Positions 39,396 to 50,710 of a stretch of DNA of 64,000 nucleotides are shown piece after piece (position 1 is the stretch's first letter; every line of letters begins with the position of its first letter). The notes below the pieces were generated by a model. That model searched no databases, was not told the origin of the DNA, and saw only the letters and a list, made by a program, of their open reading frames with translations. Origin of the DNA: Bacteroidota bacterium. Its GTDB lineage: Bacteria > Bacteroidota > Ignavibacteria > UBA10030 > UBA6906. A program made the translations under genes and the position numbers. The stretch covers positions 204-64,203 of the forward strand of contig DASWHW010000009.1 of assembly GCA_036397975.1 (NCBI GenBank). The letters run 5' to 3'.

Positions 39396-40613
39396 ATGGC
39401 AGATGTCCTTGAGCTTGTCACGCGCGAGCTTCAATCCCTGAAAGAGAGTAATACCTATAAATATGAAGTCCCGCTCGAAAGCGCTCAGGACGGCGTTGTT
39501 CGGGTGAATGGAAAAAAGGTCGTGATGCTTGCGTCGAATAACTACGCGGGTCTCTCCAATCATCCTTCTGTCCGCAAGGCGGCAATCAAAGGGATCAGGG
39601 AGTATGGATACGGCGTCGCGTCGGTCCGCTTTATCTGTGGAACACAGGACATTCATTTCAAGCTTGAGAAAAAGATCTCTAAGTTTCTGAGTACCGAAGA
39701 CACAATTCTTTTTTCCTCCTGCTGGGCTGCCAATGAAGCATTTTTTGCTTCGCTCACGAACGAAAAAATGGGTGTGGAATCATACAAGGATGTGATTTAT
39801 TCCGATCGATTGAATCACGCGAGCATCATTGACGGGCAACGACTCTGCAAATCCGAGACGACCGACAAGAAGATATACCAACATGCAGATGTGCAGGACC
39901 TCGTCCGTCAGTTGGATGACGATAAAGGAAAAGACTATCGCCTGCGGATCATTGCCACGGACGGGGTCTTCAGTATGGAGGGTGATCTCGCCCCGCTGGA
40001 TCGCATTGCGGAGGTTGCGAAGAACTATGGGGCACTTCTCTTTGTCGATGATTCGCACGGAGTGGGGGTGGTTGGTAAGCGTGGCCGTGGCACTCCTGAA
40101 GCGAAAGGGGTTCATGGCAAGATCGACGTTTTAACCGGCACGCTTGGAAAGGCGATTGGCGGTGCTGCGGGGGGATATATCAGCGGGAAGAAACAACTGA
40201 TAGACTTCATGCGACAAAAAGCACGAACGTACATTTTCTCGAATTCACTCCCGGCCTCCATTGTTTTTGGCGCCGGCGCAGCCTTTGATCTCCTTTCGAA
40301 AAACAAAGGCATTATTAAGAAGTTAAAGAAGAATACATCCTATTTCAGGAAGCATATTGCTGATCTTGGCTACACGATTCTGGATGGCGAACACCCGATT
40401 GTTCCCGTGATGCTTGGTGATGCCTCAGTGGCGCAGGAGATGAGTAAGGAATTGTTGAAGAAAGGCGTCTATATCAAGGGACTGTGGTTTCCGGTTGTTC
40501 CGAGGGGAGAAGCTCGATTACGTGCGCAGGTATCGGCAGCTCTTTCCAGGAAGGATCTTGACAGGGCGCTGAAAGCTTTTGAAGTCGTCGGAAAAAAAAT
40601 GAAAGTTATTTAG
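39396..40613 (+). CDS. kbl: PLP-dependent 2-amino-3-ketobutyrate CoA ligase / 8-amino-7-oxononanoate synthase family (glycine C-acetyltransferase most likely)
   Basis: 405 aa. Class-II aminotransferase-like motifs: ...SNNYAGLSNHP..., DDSHGVG and the GTLGKA PLP-binding Lys. Confidence 0.65.
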   Translation: MADVLELVTRELQSLKESNTYKYEVPLESAQDGVVRVNGKKVVMLASNNYAGLSNHPSVRKAAIKGIREYGYGVASVRFICGTQDIHFKLEKKISKFLSTEDTILFSSCWAANEAFFASLTNEKMGVESYKDVIYSDRLNHASIIDGQRLCKSETTDKKIYQHADVQDLVRQLDDDKGKDYRLRIIATDGVFSMEGDLAPLDRIAEVAKNYGALLFVDDSHGVGVVGKRGRGTPEAKGVHGKIDVLTGTLGKAIGGAAGGYISGKKQLIDFMRQKARTYIFSNSLPASIVFGAGAAFDLLSKNKGIIKKLKKNTSYFRKHIADLGYTILDGEHPIVPVMLGDASVAQEMSKELLKKGVYIKGLWFPVVPRGEARLRAQVSAALSRKDLDRALKAFEVVGKKMKVI

Positions 40614-40619
40614 TTTTTT

Positions 40620-41738
40620 TTGAATGCTATAAGGAAGACGCCTGCTATGGGAGAATTGAACGAAACAAACATTCTTGATGCCCTCAAGGAAGTGAAAGAC
40701 CCCGATCTTCATCGTGATATCGTAACGCTGAACTTTGTAAAAAACATCACCATTGAAGAGAAGAACGTACGTTTAAGTATTGAACTGACCACTCCGGCCT
40801 GTCCGGTGCGGGATGAGTTGAAGGCCGCGGCAATCCAGGCCATTCGCAAAAGGTTTCCCGACATCGGTTCGGTGGATGTTGAGATGACTTCCAATGTCAC
40901 GCGTGCTGAACGTACTGCACAACCATCTCCTTTGCCGCAAGTCAAGAACATGATCGCCGTCGCGTCAGGAAAGGGGGGAGTGGGAAAATCGACCGTGGCC
41001 GTAAATCTTGCTGTCTCCCTTGCTCTCGATGGTGCGCGCGTTGGGCTTGCAGACGTTGATATCTACGGTCCGAGTCTCCCGCTGATGATGGGAATTACCG
41101 GACGACCTAGTGTCAAGAATCAGCGGTTGCAACCGATGGAGAAGCATAGCGTGAAGGCGATGTCGATAGGGTTTCTGGTGGACCCAATGCAGGCAGTTAT
41201 TTGGCGCGGCCCTATGGCATCCAGCGCAGTGAAGCAGTTCATCGGGGACGTTGATTGGGGAGAACTCGATTACCTTGTGTTCGATCTTCCTCCGGGGACT
41301 GGTGATGTGCAACTGACATTGTCGCAAGCCATTTCGTTGACCGGTGCTGTCATCGTGACGACTCCCCAGGATATTTCTCTTGCGGATGCCCGGAAGGGGT
41401 TGAAGATGTTCGAGAAGGTTAACGTCCCGGTTCTTGGTATCGTTGAGAACATGAGCTATTACGTATGCACAAGTTGCGGCCATCGTGACGAGATCTTTGA
41501 TTCAGGTGGAGGGAGAAAAGCCGCAGAAGAGCTTGGTGTACCGTTCCTTGGGGATATCCCTCTTCATACCTCCATCAGAGTGAGCGGTGATAAGGGTACG
41601 CCGATAGTTCTCGAAAAAGAGAAATCCCCACAGGCAGATGCTCTCCGGAAGGTGGCGCGGAATCTCGCAGCTCAGGTGAGCATCCGGAACGCGAGCCGCA
41701 GCGAGGAAGCGGGAATCGAAATTCAATTGATGAAGTAA
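40620..41738 (+). CDS. apbC: Mrp/ApbC-family Fe-S cluster carrier ATPase with N-terminal MIP18/DUF59 domain
   Basis: 372 aa. Walker A VASGKGGVGKST. CxxC (YVCTSCGH). N-terminal DUF59-like domain. Confidence 0.8.
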   Translation: MNAIRKTPAMGELNETNILDALKEVKDPDLHRDIVTLNFVKNITIEEKNVRLSIELTTPACPVRDELKAAAIQAIRKRFPDIGSVDVEMTSNVTRAERTAQPSPLPQVKNMIAVASGKGGVGKSTVAVNLAVSLALDGARVGLADVDIYGPSLPLMMGITGRPSVKNQRLQPMEKHSVKAMSIGFLVDPMQAVIWRGPMASSAVKQFIGDVDWGELDYLVFDLPPGTGDVQLTLSQAISLTGAVIVTTPQDISLADARKGLKMFEKVNVPVLGIVENMSYYVCTSCGHRDEIFDSGGGRKAAEELGVPFLGDIPLHTSIRVSGDKGTPIVLEKEKSPQADALRKVARNLAAQVSIRNASRSEEAGIEIQLMK

Positions 41739-41977
41739 TGGATGATATAACAACCCGGATTGAACGCGCCCTCAAAACCGTCCGGCCGTACTTGCAGGCA
41801 GATGACGGTGATGTAGAGGTAGTACGATTTCGGGAAGATGGTATCCTTGAACTTCAGTGGATGGGCACGTGCAAGATTTGTCCCATGAGCGTGTTGACCC
41901 TGCGGGCTGGAGTTGAACGGGCGATCATGAATGAATGTCCCGAAGTAAAGCGTGTCGAAGCCATCAGCGGTCAGTAA
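41738..41977 (+). CDS. NifU-like Fe-S cluster assembly domain protein (Nfu-type)
   Basis: 79 aa. ...RPYLQADDGDVEVV....GTCKICPMS matches the NifU C-terminal domain CxxC signature. Confidence 0.7.
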   Translation: MDDITTRIERALKTVRPYLQADDGDVEVVRFREDGILELQWMGTCKICPMSVLTLRAGVERAIMNECPEVKRVEAISGQ

Positions 41978-41982
41978 CTGGC

Positions 41983-42645
41983 TTACTTAATCACGACATC
42001 GTAGAGTTTTCCGTCTTTCACTTGTACGATTCTCTCGTTGAGTTTCCGGACGAGATCGTAGTTATGAGTGGCCATCACGACGGCAGTTCCGCCCGCGTTA
42101 ATCGATTTCAATAGATTCAAAATTTCAAAAGAGGTTGCAGGGTCAAGATTCCCGGTGGGCTCGTCCGCAAGGAGCACTTGTGGATTGTTCACCAGCGCTC
42201 GTGCAATCGCGATCCGTTGTTGTTCTCCACCCGAAAGTTCATGCGGCATCTTGTTTCGCTGATGGGTCAACCCTACTTCTCCAAGAATTCTCAGCACTTT
42301 CTTCTTTATGTCTGCTCGTTTTACACCCGTCACGTGAAGAGTGAACGCTATGTTTTCGTAGACGTTGCGGTCTTCAAGGAGTTGAAAATCCTGAAAGATA
42401 ATTCCCAGAGAACGACGGAGATAGGGGATCTCACTCCGCTCCACATTCGAAGAATTGTATTTTCCGATTGAGATGGTTCCTTTGTTCGGAGGAACATCCA
42501 TGTACATCAATTTGAGCAGCGTGCTCTTTCCTGAACCTGTTTGGCCGACGAGAAAAACGAACTCCCCTGACTTTACAGTCAAATTAACGTCTTCCAGAAC
42601 ATTGTGATTATTGAACGTAACCGTGACCTGTGATAGATGAATCAT
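41983..42645 (-). CDS. ftsE: cell division ATP-binding protein FtsE
   Basis: 220 aa. ABC ATPase (GQTGSGKST; LSGGEQQR) with FtsE-like N-terminus and size. Confidence 0.85.
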   Translation of the reverse strand: MIHLSQVTVTFNNHNVLEDVNLTVKSGEFVFLVGQTGSGKSTLLKLMYMDVPPNKGTISIGKYNSSNVERSEIPYLRRSLGIIFQDFQLLEDRNVYENIAFTLHVTGVKRADIKKKVLRILGEVGLTHQRNKMPHELSGGEQQRIAIARALVNNPQVLLADEPTGNLDPATSFEILNLLKSINAGGTAVVMATHNYDLVRKLNERIVQVKDGKLYDVVIK

Positions 42646-43664
42646 TGGACCTGCCGACGTGTGTTGGAGGTTCTGTTTCGTGCCAGCAGTACTGCTAGCT
42701 CAATAGCGCGGGCCATGCTCTCAGGGTTTGCCTTATTCTTGCCGGCGATGTCAAACGCCGTTCCGTGATCGGGAGAGGTTCTGACAATGGGGAGCCCCGC
42801 CGTTACATTTACAGCCGTCCCGCGTGCACTCATTTTAAGCGGTATGAGTCCTTGGTCGTGATACATCGCGACTATCGCATCGTAGCGTGAAGTTGAAAGA
42901 CGCCCGAAGAATGCATCAGCAGGAAATGGCCCCTCCACCTTTGAGCTTTTGAAACTTCGAATAACGGGGCGGATGATCTCCAATTCCTCCCTGCCGATGT
43001 CGCCGTTCTCACCAGCGTGGGGATTAAGTCCCAGTATCGCAATTCGTGGACGGCGAATCCTCCAATCGTTTCGAAGTGCCTCTAGGGTGACTCGTATGGT
43101 TGATTTCAAACCTGATCGAGTAAGAGACGTTGATATTTTTCGTAAAGGGACATGAACCGATGCAAGTCCAACCTTCATCGAAGAAGATGAGAGAATCATG
43201 ACACTCCGCTTCGAACCCGTAAGCGCTTGTAGGAACTCGGTATGTCCAGGGTACAGGATGCCGGTTTTGTGCAAACTTCTCTTCGAAATAGGTGCGGTAA
43301 CGATGGCGTTTGCATGGCCATCCATCGCAAGCCGGACTGCGCACTCGATTGCAGTTGCCGCTATTGCTCCGGCTCCGCGGGAGATCTTTCCGGGAGTGGG
43401 CTGATAGCGTGTGAAGCCTGAGGGGATGAACAAGTTAAGTGAATCCCGCGAAGAGTTACCAAGGCGGCGAACTTCACAAATTTCCAATGGAAGAAAGTTC
43501 ACCTTTCGTCCCAACTTTCCCGCGTAGTACGCAAACACATCTTCTGGCCCGATGAGGAGAGGAATACACTTTGATCGAATGCGAGGAAGAAGGGCGGCCT
43601 TTATCGCGACTTCGGGACCAATGCCATTGCAATCTCCCACAGTGATTGCAACGATCGGTTTCAT
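42642..43664 (-). CDS. pdxA: 4-hydroxythreonine-4-phosphate dehydrogenase PdxA
   Basis: 340 aa. MKPIVAITVGDCNGIGPEV...GLNPHAGENG. Confidence 0.85.
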   Translation of the reverse strand: MKPIVAITVGDCNGIGPEVAIKAALLPRIRSKCIPLLIGPEDVFAYYAGKLGRKVNFLPLEICEVRRLGNSSRDSLNLFIPSGFTRYQPTPGKISRGAGAIAATAIECAVRLAMDGHANAIVTAPISKRSLHKTGILYPGHTEFLQALTGSKRSVMILSSSSMKVGLASVHVPLRKISTSLTRSGLKSTIRVTLEALRNDWRIRRPRIAILGLNPHAGENGDIGREELEIIRPVIRSFKSSKVEGPFPADAFFGRLSTSRYDAIVAMYHDQGLIPLKMSARGTAVNVTAGLPIVRTSPDHGTAFDIAGKNKANPESMARAIELAVLLARNRTSNTRRQVQ

Positions 43665-45001
43665 ATAGTCCGACTGCTGACGAGAGTGTATCTTCCGGAT
43701 TTATTCTCATCGACGAAGAGAAATACCTTGCCGGACGATGAGTATGACCACTCTTCCTTGTAGCCCGATGTCGGATTGAGCGTGCGTTCAATTTTTGTTG
43801 GAGGACCATGAAGAATGTAGATCCTTCCCCGGTCTGTCTTCGCTCCATCGTTATCGCGCAACGATGAGTAGTGGTGCGTTGCGTAGTCCACCCGTCGATA
43901 GTATTCTGCCATTGCCCCGTTGATAGGAGTGTCCTTTCGAGGATCCTTACCCCGCCAGAATGTTTCCAGATTCCGCCTCTGTTCCTCGTACGACCCGGAT
44001 CGCAGCGAATCGAGTTGCGAAGGTCGCGTGATATAATTCAACATTTCCAGGGCATACTCAACATCCCGAAGAGAACGAGGCATGTCCGGCCAGAGTGTAA
44101 CAAACTTCTTGGTAATTTCCTCAGTTTCTTTTCCCGACCTGATTTGAAGAGAAAGAGAAAATGATCGAAGAGGAAGTCGTTCTAGCGGTATCGGTACCTC
44201 CAGCATGCTGCTCTCCGTTGAAGGAACAATCTGGTATCGAATACTCTTCTGAGTCTCGATTGGCTGAAGAGTTGTTTTTTCGAAGATGACCGGGTTCGAC
44301 ACAGTATCTTCCAGGGTGAATCTATCTTCCTCATCATCAGAACGTATCGCATACGTTATACTTGTGATATGTTCAGGGGAAAGAGTGTTTGGGAGAGCGA
44401 GAAGAAGAGCCCCGGGTTTGCCAAACAACGGGTTCCCGCCAAAATTCTGGGGAGTAACAAATCTACCGGACGTATCTTCGATAATCGGATTAACAAACAA
44501 GGGTACAGGTTTCGACTCACTCTTCTTCAGTCCAAAAGTCGAAACACGACGATTCCTATCGAGAACTCGCCTGCCTGACTCGAGATCATCCACCTCCATC
44601 AAAATCGTGTATTCTCCGGACGGGACGCTGAAGGTCATCATGCCCTGATAGGTTTCCATACTTCCGGGTTCCGGATTTGAAGTGGGTGAAGTAATGGTCA
44701 CTTTCTGAAGAGCGCGTGCAAAGGAAACTGACTCCTTGTCCAACAGCTCAACAGCTACTTCTCCTCTGGCAAGATATTCGCCTTTCGCATCGGGCTCGTC
44801 GTTGCGGACGAGAACAAAGAGCCGCTCTGGTATTCGGAAGTGAACGTCGATTCTTTGTTTCCCAGAGTCTCCGGGCAATGGGATTGCCTCAAAGATAATC
44901 GGAGTCTGCGATCGAAACCCTTCAGACCTTCCCGGCTGGTGTTGCGCTTGACTTGAGACTGTAATCCCGCACAGAAGAAAAACCCACTGGATTCGTTTCA
45001 T
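43661..45001 (-). CDS. GWxTD domain-containing secreted protein
   Basis: 446 aa with a signal peptide. C-terminal ...DGAKTDRGRIYILHGPP...EEWSY matches the GWxTD motif region. Confidence 0.5.
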   Translation of the reverse strand: MKRIQWVFLLCGITVSSQAQHQPGRSEGFRSQTPIIFEAIPLPGDSGKQRIDVHFRIPERLFVLVRNDEPDAKGEYLARGEVAVELLDKESVSFARALQKVTITSPTSNPEPGSMETYQGMMTFSVPSGEYTILMEVDDLESGRRVLDRNRRVSTFGLKKSESKPVPLFVNPIIEDTSGRFVTPQNFGGNPLFGKPGALLLALPNTLSPEHITSITYAIRSDDEEDRFTLEDTVSNPVIFEKTTLQPIETQKSIRYQIVPSTESSMLEVPIPLERLPLRSFSLSLQIRSGKETEEITKKFVTLWPDMPRSLRDVEYALEMLNYITRPSQLDSLRSGSYEEQRRNLETFWRGKDPRKDTPINGAMAEYYRRVDYATHHYSSLRDNDGAKTDRGRIYILHGPPTKIERTLNPTSGYKEEWSYSSSGKVFLFVDENKSGRYTLVSSRTI

Positions 45002-46533
45002 ATTGTTCCCCCTTTTCCTTTTCGATGTCTTAAGAAATCCACCAAGAGGCGGACCCCCACGCCTGATCCACCTTTCGGAATGTAGTCAAGATTTTCCTCC
45101 AAAATTGCCGTTCCAGCGATGTCCAGGTGAACCCAATTGTACTTTCCGATGAAGTGTTTGAGGAACATGGCTGCGGCGATCGCGCCCCCCCAGCGTCCGC
45201 CAACATTCTTGACATCCGCGACGTCGCTTTTGATCAGCTTTTCATATTCTTCGAACATCGGAAGTTGCCACACCCGCTCGTAGGTTCGTTCACCGGACTT
45301 CGAAAGAGCATCCATCGTCGGTTGGTGATTGCCCATCATGCCCGTGGCATAATGTCCCAGAGCAACCACACAGGCACCAGTGAGTGTTGCGAGATCGATG
45401 ACAACGTCCGGTTGAAATCGTGAAGCGTAGGAAAGAGCATCGGCAAGGATCAATCTCCCCTCCGCATCCGTATTGTCCACCTCAGACGTTTTGCCGTTTG
45501 GATGGCGGAGTATGTCGCCCGGTTTAACAGCTGCACCGCCGAGAAGATTTTCCGTGGCCGGCACAAGTCCAACAAGGTGCACTGGCAATCTTAACGCTGC
45601 AGCTGCTTGCATTGTTCCAATAACAGCAGCACCCCCAGACATATCCATTTTCATTTCTCCCATGCCAGCAGCGGGCTTTATGGATATTCCTCCCGCGTCA
45701 AACGTGACGCCTTTACCCACAAGCACAACTGTGCCGAACTTCCGCTTCGCACGGTTATATTCCATGATAATAAACCGGGGAGGATGATCACTTCCTTGGG
45801 CAACTCCGAGAAGTCCCCCCATTCCCAGTTGTCGCATCTTTTGCCGTTGCAAAGACGAGACTTTGAAACCATAAGCTCGCCCTGAGGCCGCTGCACGTTT
45901 TGCCAGTGCATCGGGGAATATCTCGTTCCCTGGAGCGTTTTCGAGGTCGCGGGCAAGGTACGTCGCCTCAATCAGCGTTTTTGCAATTCTGATTCCACGG
46001 GATATCGGTGCGGCCTTGCTTCGTTCTTCGCACCCGACACGAACCTCCTTAAGAATGCTTTCGCATTTGTTTTCCTTGGAGAAGTACTTCTCGAATTTAT
46101 AGAGGGACAGTGCCGCTCCTTCGCACAAAGCAAGGCCAATATTTTCCCATAAGTCTGCGGACCCGCTCTCGACTTGTTCCACAGTGCCAGGGTTCGGCAG
46201 CATGATGCACAACGATCGGGTCTTCAACGCCTGGGCTTCTTTCGCGGCAGTTGCAGCCGACCGCCTGAGAGTTTCAAGGCTTGTTTTTGCGGAGTCCCCT
46301 GCGCCGACGAGTAATAAGCGAGAAGATTTGAATCGGGTTGGGTAGAGGAGGAGCGTTTCGTTTTGCTTTCCTTTGAATGACCCCATCGCTAAGGGGGCTG
46401 CATCCTCGCCGAGCATGGACTTCAAATTCTTCACATGACTCCGAAAACCCTTGTCATCTGATGGAACAAATATTGCGATAACATCCGCTCGTATTTGCTT
46501 GAGAAGCGATTGCTCGATTTTCAGTCGTATCAT
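44998..46533 (-). CDS. pepA: leucyl aminopeptidase (M17 family)
   Basis: 511 aa. VGKGVTFDAGGISIKP...NTDAEGRLILADAL M17 signatures. Confidence 0.85.
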   Translation of the reverse strand: MIRLKIEQSLLKQIRADVIAIFVPSDDKGFRSHVKNLKSMLGEDAAPLAMGSFKGKQNETLLLYPTRFKSSRLLLVGAGDSAKTSLETLRRSAATAAKEAQALKTRSLCIMLPNPGTVEQVESGSADLWENIGLALCEGAALSLYKFEKYFSKENKCESILKEVRVGCEERSKAAPISRGIRIAKTLIEATYLARDLENAPGNEIFPDALAKRAAASGRAYGFKVSSLQRQKMRQLGMGGLLGVAQGSDHPPRFIIMEYNRAKRKFGTVVLVGKGVTFDAGGISIKPAAGMGEMKMDMSGGAAVIGTMQAAAALRLPVHLVGLVPATENLLGGAAVKPGDILRHPNGKTSEVDNTDAEGRLILADALSYASRFQPDVVIDLATLTGACVVALGHYATGMMGNHQPTMDALSKSGERTYERVWQLPMFEEYEKLIKSDVADVKNVGGRWGGAIAAAMFLKHFIGKYNWVHLDIAGTAILEENLDYIPKGGSGVGVRLLVDFLRHRKGKGGTI

Positions 46534-47540
46534 TCGATGCCTGCCTTGGTTTGCAGTGAAATGAACTTTTTCGCTGCGTGCAGTACATCCTTTTCAACTG
46601 CTGAAAGGTCCCTGTCAAAAATACGGGCGCCAGCGGCATTCATGTGTCCCCCTCCGCCAAATTCCTGTGCAAGCATGTTTATTGGGATGTCGCCTTTCGA
46701 ACGAAAACTTATCTTCACACCATTCTCCATCTCGAGAAATAGTATCCCCGCTTTTACTCCGTCGATGCTCATAGGGTAGGTCGTAAAATTATCTGTGTCC
46801 TCTTCGAGAGTCCCGGTAGAACGAAGCATTTCTCGGGTGATGGTGAGATGAGCCAGCGAACCACCGTACGAGGTATCTATTTCGGCAAGGGCTTTTCCAA
46901 GAAGCTGCATCCGTCCTGCAGTCCAACGTTCATAGACCTCTTGAAAAATCGCAACCGGATCGGCTCCACACTCGATCAGATGAGCAACAATTCGATGCGT
47001 CTCGGGGTCAACGCGGGGATAACGGAAGGAACCTGTATCCGTCATGATTGCACAATACAATGCCTTTGCTGATTGCGGGCTAAGGGTTTCTCCCTCCAGT
47101 TGCCGAAGAAGATGATACACGATCTCTCCGGTCGAGGTGGCATTGTCGTCCAGTAGATACTTCGATGCAAAGGGGGCTGGATTCAGATGGTGGTCGATGC
47201 ATACTTTTAGCGCCGAGCTCTGCACGATGGGATCCTTCATCGTTCGCAACCGGTCGAGATTGTTCGTATCAAGGACAAAAACAACTTCCGCACTCTTAAT
47301 TATCTCCTCGTGGATGGCGGGATCAAATACCTGGATAGAATTCCGTGAGTCAAGAAATCGGTAGACTACCGGAGTAGGATTGAAATTGATGATGGTGACT
47401 TTCTTGCGGTGTGCGAGAAGCCAATCTTCGATTGCGATTTCTGACCCCAACCCATCGCCATCAGGATTGACGTGAGTCGTGAGAACAAAAGACTTGTGGC
47501 GTTGAAGAATGGATGCAACCTGCGCGGGATCTGCGTTCAT
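46530..47540 (-). CDS. nrnA: DHH-family oligoribonuclease / pAp phosphatase NrnA
   Basis: 336 aa. THVNPDGDGLGS (DHH motif I), ...CIDHH.., DHHA1 GGGH motif (GGGGHMNAAG). Confidence 0.75.
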   Translation of the reverse strand: MNADPAQVASILQRHKSFVLTTHVNPDGDGLGSEIAIEDWLLAHRKKVTIINFNPTPVVYRFLDSRNSIQVFDPAIHEEIIKSAEVVFVLDTNNLDRLRTMKDPIVQSSALKVCIDHHLNPAPFASKYLLDDNATSTGEIVYHLLRQLEGETLSPQSAKALYCAIMTDTGSFRYPRVDPETHRIVAHLIECGADPVAIFQEVYERWTAGRMQLLGKALAEIDTSYGGSLAHLTITREMLRSTGTLEEDTDNFTTYPMSIDGVKAGILFLEMENGVKISFRSKGDIPINMLAQEFGGGGHMNAAGARIFDRDLSAVEKDVLHAAKKFISLQTKAGIE

Positions 47541-47676
47541 TGAGGAGGCAGTAGTGTGACAAAATTTAGTGTCAATATAAAGAATCGTTCAACAACAAAC
47601 CAAACCACTTTGGTTTATCATAACAACAAAGCCCTCTAAGAGTGAGGGCTTTGCGCATTGACGAACAACGTGTCAA

Positions 47677-48711
47677 TTATTGTATCACCCAGTTTTCATC
47701 ACCGTCCAACAATGATTGAAGATTTCCTTCACCTTTCTTACTTTTCATTTTCGCAATCTGGTTTACGACCTCCTCTTCATACAATGGTCTTGACTGCTCA
47801 AGAAAAATTCCCATAGGACGGGGAAGAGTTGGGTTGTGGATCATGTTGGCAAGAATGAATGCAAGCGTCGAGTCATTCTGGTCGTGAACAAGAAGATCGT
47901 TTGCGGAGAACTTACCATCCTCGAGCGAAACCGCCTCGGGTGTAAATCCGTTCAATCGGATCCCATTCTGTTTCTTCTTGCCGAAGAGAAGCGGCTTTTC
48001 ATGCTCCAGATACACAACGTTGTCGTCTCTTGTCTCTTTTTCGGTGAACGGAAAGAAGGCACCATCGTTAAAAACATTGCAGTTCTGATAGATTTCTATG
48101 AACGCCGTGCCCCGGTGTGCCTCCGCTTTACGAACGATTTCCTGCAAATGCTTCGGATCGCGATCCATCGTTCTGGCAACAAATGTCGCACCTGCACCGA
48201 GGGCAAGAGAAACCGGGACAAAGGGATTATCGATCGAGCCGGAGGGTGTGGACTTGGTGACCTGTCCCATTCGCGAGGTAGGGGAGTATTGTCCTTTGGT
48301 GAGGCCGTATATTTCATTATTGAACAACAACACCTTGATACTCACATTGCGGCGCAGGAGGTGTATGATATGATTGCCGCCGATACTTAGTCCATCACCG
48401 TCACCTGTTGCTACCCACACCTGAAGTTGTGGGTTTGCGATCTTCACGCCCGTGGCAAACGCCGGTGCTCTGCCGTGGATGCTATGCAAACCGAACGTAT
48501 TCATGTAATAAGGAAACCGGCTCGAGCATCCAATTCCTGAAATTGTTACGTAGTCCTCTTTCTTGTGCGAAAACTCCGGCATCACGCGCTGCACCTGTGC
48601 AAGAATCGAATAATCACCGCACCCCGGACACCAACGGACATCCTGGTCGGTTTGAAAATCCTTCACTGTCAGTTTCACCGGGTCCGGGCCAGTCGTTATT
48701 GTCTCAGCCAT
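47677..48711 (-). CDS. korB: 2-oxoglutarate:ferredoxin oxidoreductase beta subunit (TPP-binding)
   Basis: WCPGCGDYS...GIGCSS...[15 protein letters not shown]-binding motifs. The start is taken at MAETITT; the track extends to 48759. Confidence 0.8.
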   Translation of the reverse strand: MAETITTGPDPVKLTVKDFQTDQDVRWCPGCGDYSILAQVQRVMPEFSHKKEDYVTISGIGCSSRFPYYMNTFGLHSIHGRAPAFATGVKIANPQLQVWVATGDGDGLSIGGNHIIHLLRRNVSIKVLLFNNEIYGLTKGQYSPTSRMGQVTKSTPSGSIDNPFVPVSLALGAGATFVARTMDRDPKHLQEIVRKAEAHRGTAFIEIYQNCNVFNDGAFFPFTEKETRDDNVVYLEHEKPLLFGKKKQNGIRLNGFTPEAVSLEDGKFSANDLLVHDQNDSTLAFILANMIHNPTLPRPMGIFLEQSRPLYEEEVVNQIAKMKSKKGEGNLQSLLDGDENWVIQ

Positions 48712-50548
48712 TCTTTCCTCCAATGATATCTTGAATTTTTTGCTCGATGTCCTCAGCACGAAGGGGGAGTCCTTTTACGGCATCATAGCCCACTGCCGGC
48801 ACAAGATACTTAGCCCTGATGAGCTTGAGGAGTTGACCGGTATTGATTTCCGGAATGAGAACCTTTTTGTATTTGTACAGAATCTCGCCGAGATTGCGGG
48901 GGAAAGGATTAACGTAACGCAGGTGTGCATGAGCCACCGCAAGTCCCTTTGCCTGAGCGCGATTCACCGCGCTCCGAGTAGAGCCAAATGTCCCGCCCCA
49001 TCCCAACACTAAAACATCTCCCTCTTCAGGACCGTGTACGGTTTGGAGAGGAATATCATCGGCGATCCGTTCGATTTTCTCCGCACGCAATCTCACCATC
49101 AGGTCATGATTGTCAGGATCATAACTGATGTTTCCAGTGATGTTTTCCTTCTCGATACCGCCGATGCGGTGTTCCAACCCGGGTGTGCCTGGAATTGCCC
49201 AAGGCCGGGCAAGGGTGTTTTCATCGCGGGAGTAGGGATGGAATCCCTCGGGGTTCTTGGCAAAATTTACCGGGATTTCTTTCAAATCCTCAACGGCGGG
49301 AATCTTCCAGGGCTCCGCACCATTCGCGAGGTATCCGTCGGTAAGACAGATAACAGGCGTCATAAATTTGATTGCGAGACGACAGGCCTCGTACGCGGCC
49401 TCGAAGCAATCTGCCGGGGTCGATGCAGCAATGACACAAAGCGGAGCTTCGCTATTACGACCGTGAACTGCTTGGAGCAAATCCGCTTGTTCTGTCTTTG
49501 TCGGGAGGCCGGTGCTAGGTCCCCCACGTTGCACATCGATGATCACGAGCGGGAGTTCCAGCATAACAGCGAGTCCAATTGCCTCCGTCTTCAGCGCCAT
49601 TCCAGGACCGCTGGTGGTAGTCACCGCAAGAGCGCCGGCATAGGATGCGCCAATGGCTGAACAGACCGCTGCAATTTCGTCCTCTGCCTGGAACGTTTTG
49701 ACATCAAAGTTTTTCAATCGTGAAAGTTCATGAAGAATGTCACTGGCCGGAGTGATTGGATAGGAGCCGAGGAATAGTTGCAGACCAGCCTTCTTTGCCG
49801 CCGCAACAAGTCCGAGAGCCGTTGCAGTATTCCCCATAATGTTCCGGTATTTGCCTGGAGGAAGCTTTGCAGGCTTGACCTCATAGCGGGTGGTGAACAC
49901 TTCCGTCGTGTCGCCATAATTAAACCCTGCCTTTAACACACGGAGGTTCGCTTCGGCGAGTTGTGGATCCTTTTCCCCAAATTTTGCTTCAATGAATCTT
50001 ATCGATTGGTCCAATGGACGGTTGTACATCCAGTACATCAATCCGAGCGCGAAGAAGTTCTTGCACTTGTCGATCACCTTCGTAGAAAGCTTCATATCAA
50101 CGAGGGCATTGGCTGTCAGTTTGGTTATGCCAACCTTTTGAAGATTGTAGCCGCTGAGGGAATCATCTTCGAGTGGATTTGCGGAGTATCCCGCCATCCG
50201 AAGGTTCTTTTCTGTGAACGCGTCGGTGTTGGCGATGATGATGCCGCCGGATTTCAATAATTTGATGTTGGTGATGAGAGCGGCCGGGTTCATCGCAACG
50301 AGAACGTCACACGTATCGCCGGGAGTGAGAATGTCTTGGCTCCCGAAGTGAATTTGAAATCCGCTGACACCATATGTTGTTCCCGCAGGAGCGCGGATTT
50401 CTGCCGGGAAGTCTGGAAGGGTACTGAGGTCATTGCCGACAAGTGCTGCGGTGTTCGTAAACTGGGTGCCGGTCAGTTGCATTCCGTCCCCCGAGTCTCC
50501 AACAAATCGAATCGTTACCTCGTCGAGAGTTTGAGTAGATTTTGCCAT
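48704..50548 (-). CDS. korA: 2-oxoglutarate:ferredoxin oxidoreductase alpha subunit
   Basis: 614 aa. N-terminal gamma-like domain, then the pyrimidine-binding alpha domain ([15 protein letters not shown]). Confidence 0.8.
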   Translation of the reverse strand: MAKSTQTLDEVTIRFVGDSGDGMQLTGTQFTNTAALVGNDLSTLPDFPAEIRAPAGTTYGVSGFQIHFGSQDILTPGDTCDVLVAMNPAALITNIKLLKSGGIIIANTDAFTEKNLRMAGYSANPLEDDSLSGYNLQKVGITKLTANALVDMKLSTKVIDKCKNFFALGLMYWMYNRPLDQSIRFIEAKFGEKDPQLAEANLRVLKAGFNYGDTTEVFTTRYEVKPAKLPPGKYRNIMGNTATALGLVAAAKKAGLQLFLGSYPITPASDILHELSRLKNFDVKTFQAEDEIAAVCSAIGASYAGALAVTTTSGPGMALKTEAIGLAVMLELPLVIIDVQRGGPSTGLPTKTEQADLLQAVHGRNSEAPLCVIAASTPADCFEAAYEACRLAIKFMTPVICLTDGYLANGAEPWKIPAVEDLKEIPVNFAKNPEGFHPYSRDENTLARPWAIPGTPGLEHRIGGIEKENITGNISYDPDNHDLMVRLRAEKIERIADDIPLQTVHGPEEGDVLVLGWGGTFGSTRSAVNRAQAKGLAVAHAHLRYVNPFPRNLGEILYKYKKVLIPEINTGQLLKLIRAKYLVPAVGYDAVKGLPLRAEDIEQKIQDIIGGKNG

Positions 50549-50644
50549 GAATATGTTCGCCTCACATATACGTTGATCAATCGTTGCGGCACACCGCTAC
50601 ATGATATTTCGTTTAGGAAGGAAAGTCAAGTAACGGTGGAGCCG

Positions 50645-50690
50645 GTGAAAAACAGAAAACCCGTTCGGTTATTGAACGCGAACGGGTTCT
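50645..50690 (-). terminator. rho-independent terminator downstream of rplI (minus strand)
   Basis: aacccgttcg...cgaacgggtt stem. On the minus strand it is followed by a T-run (ttctgttttt). Confidence 0.55.
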
Positions 50691-50710
50691 TCCATGTATA
50701 CTGTTAATAA

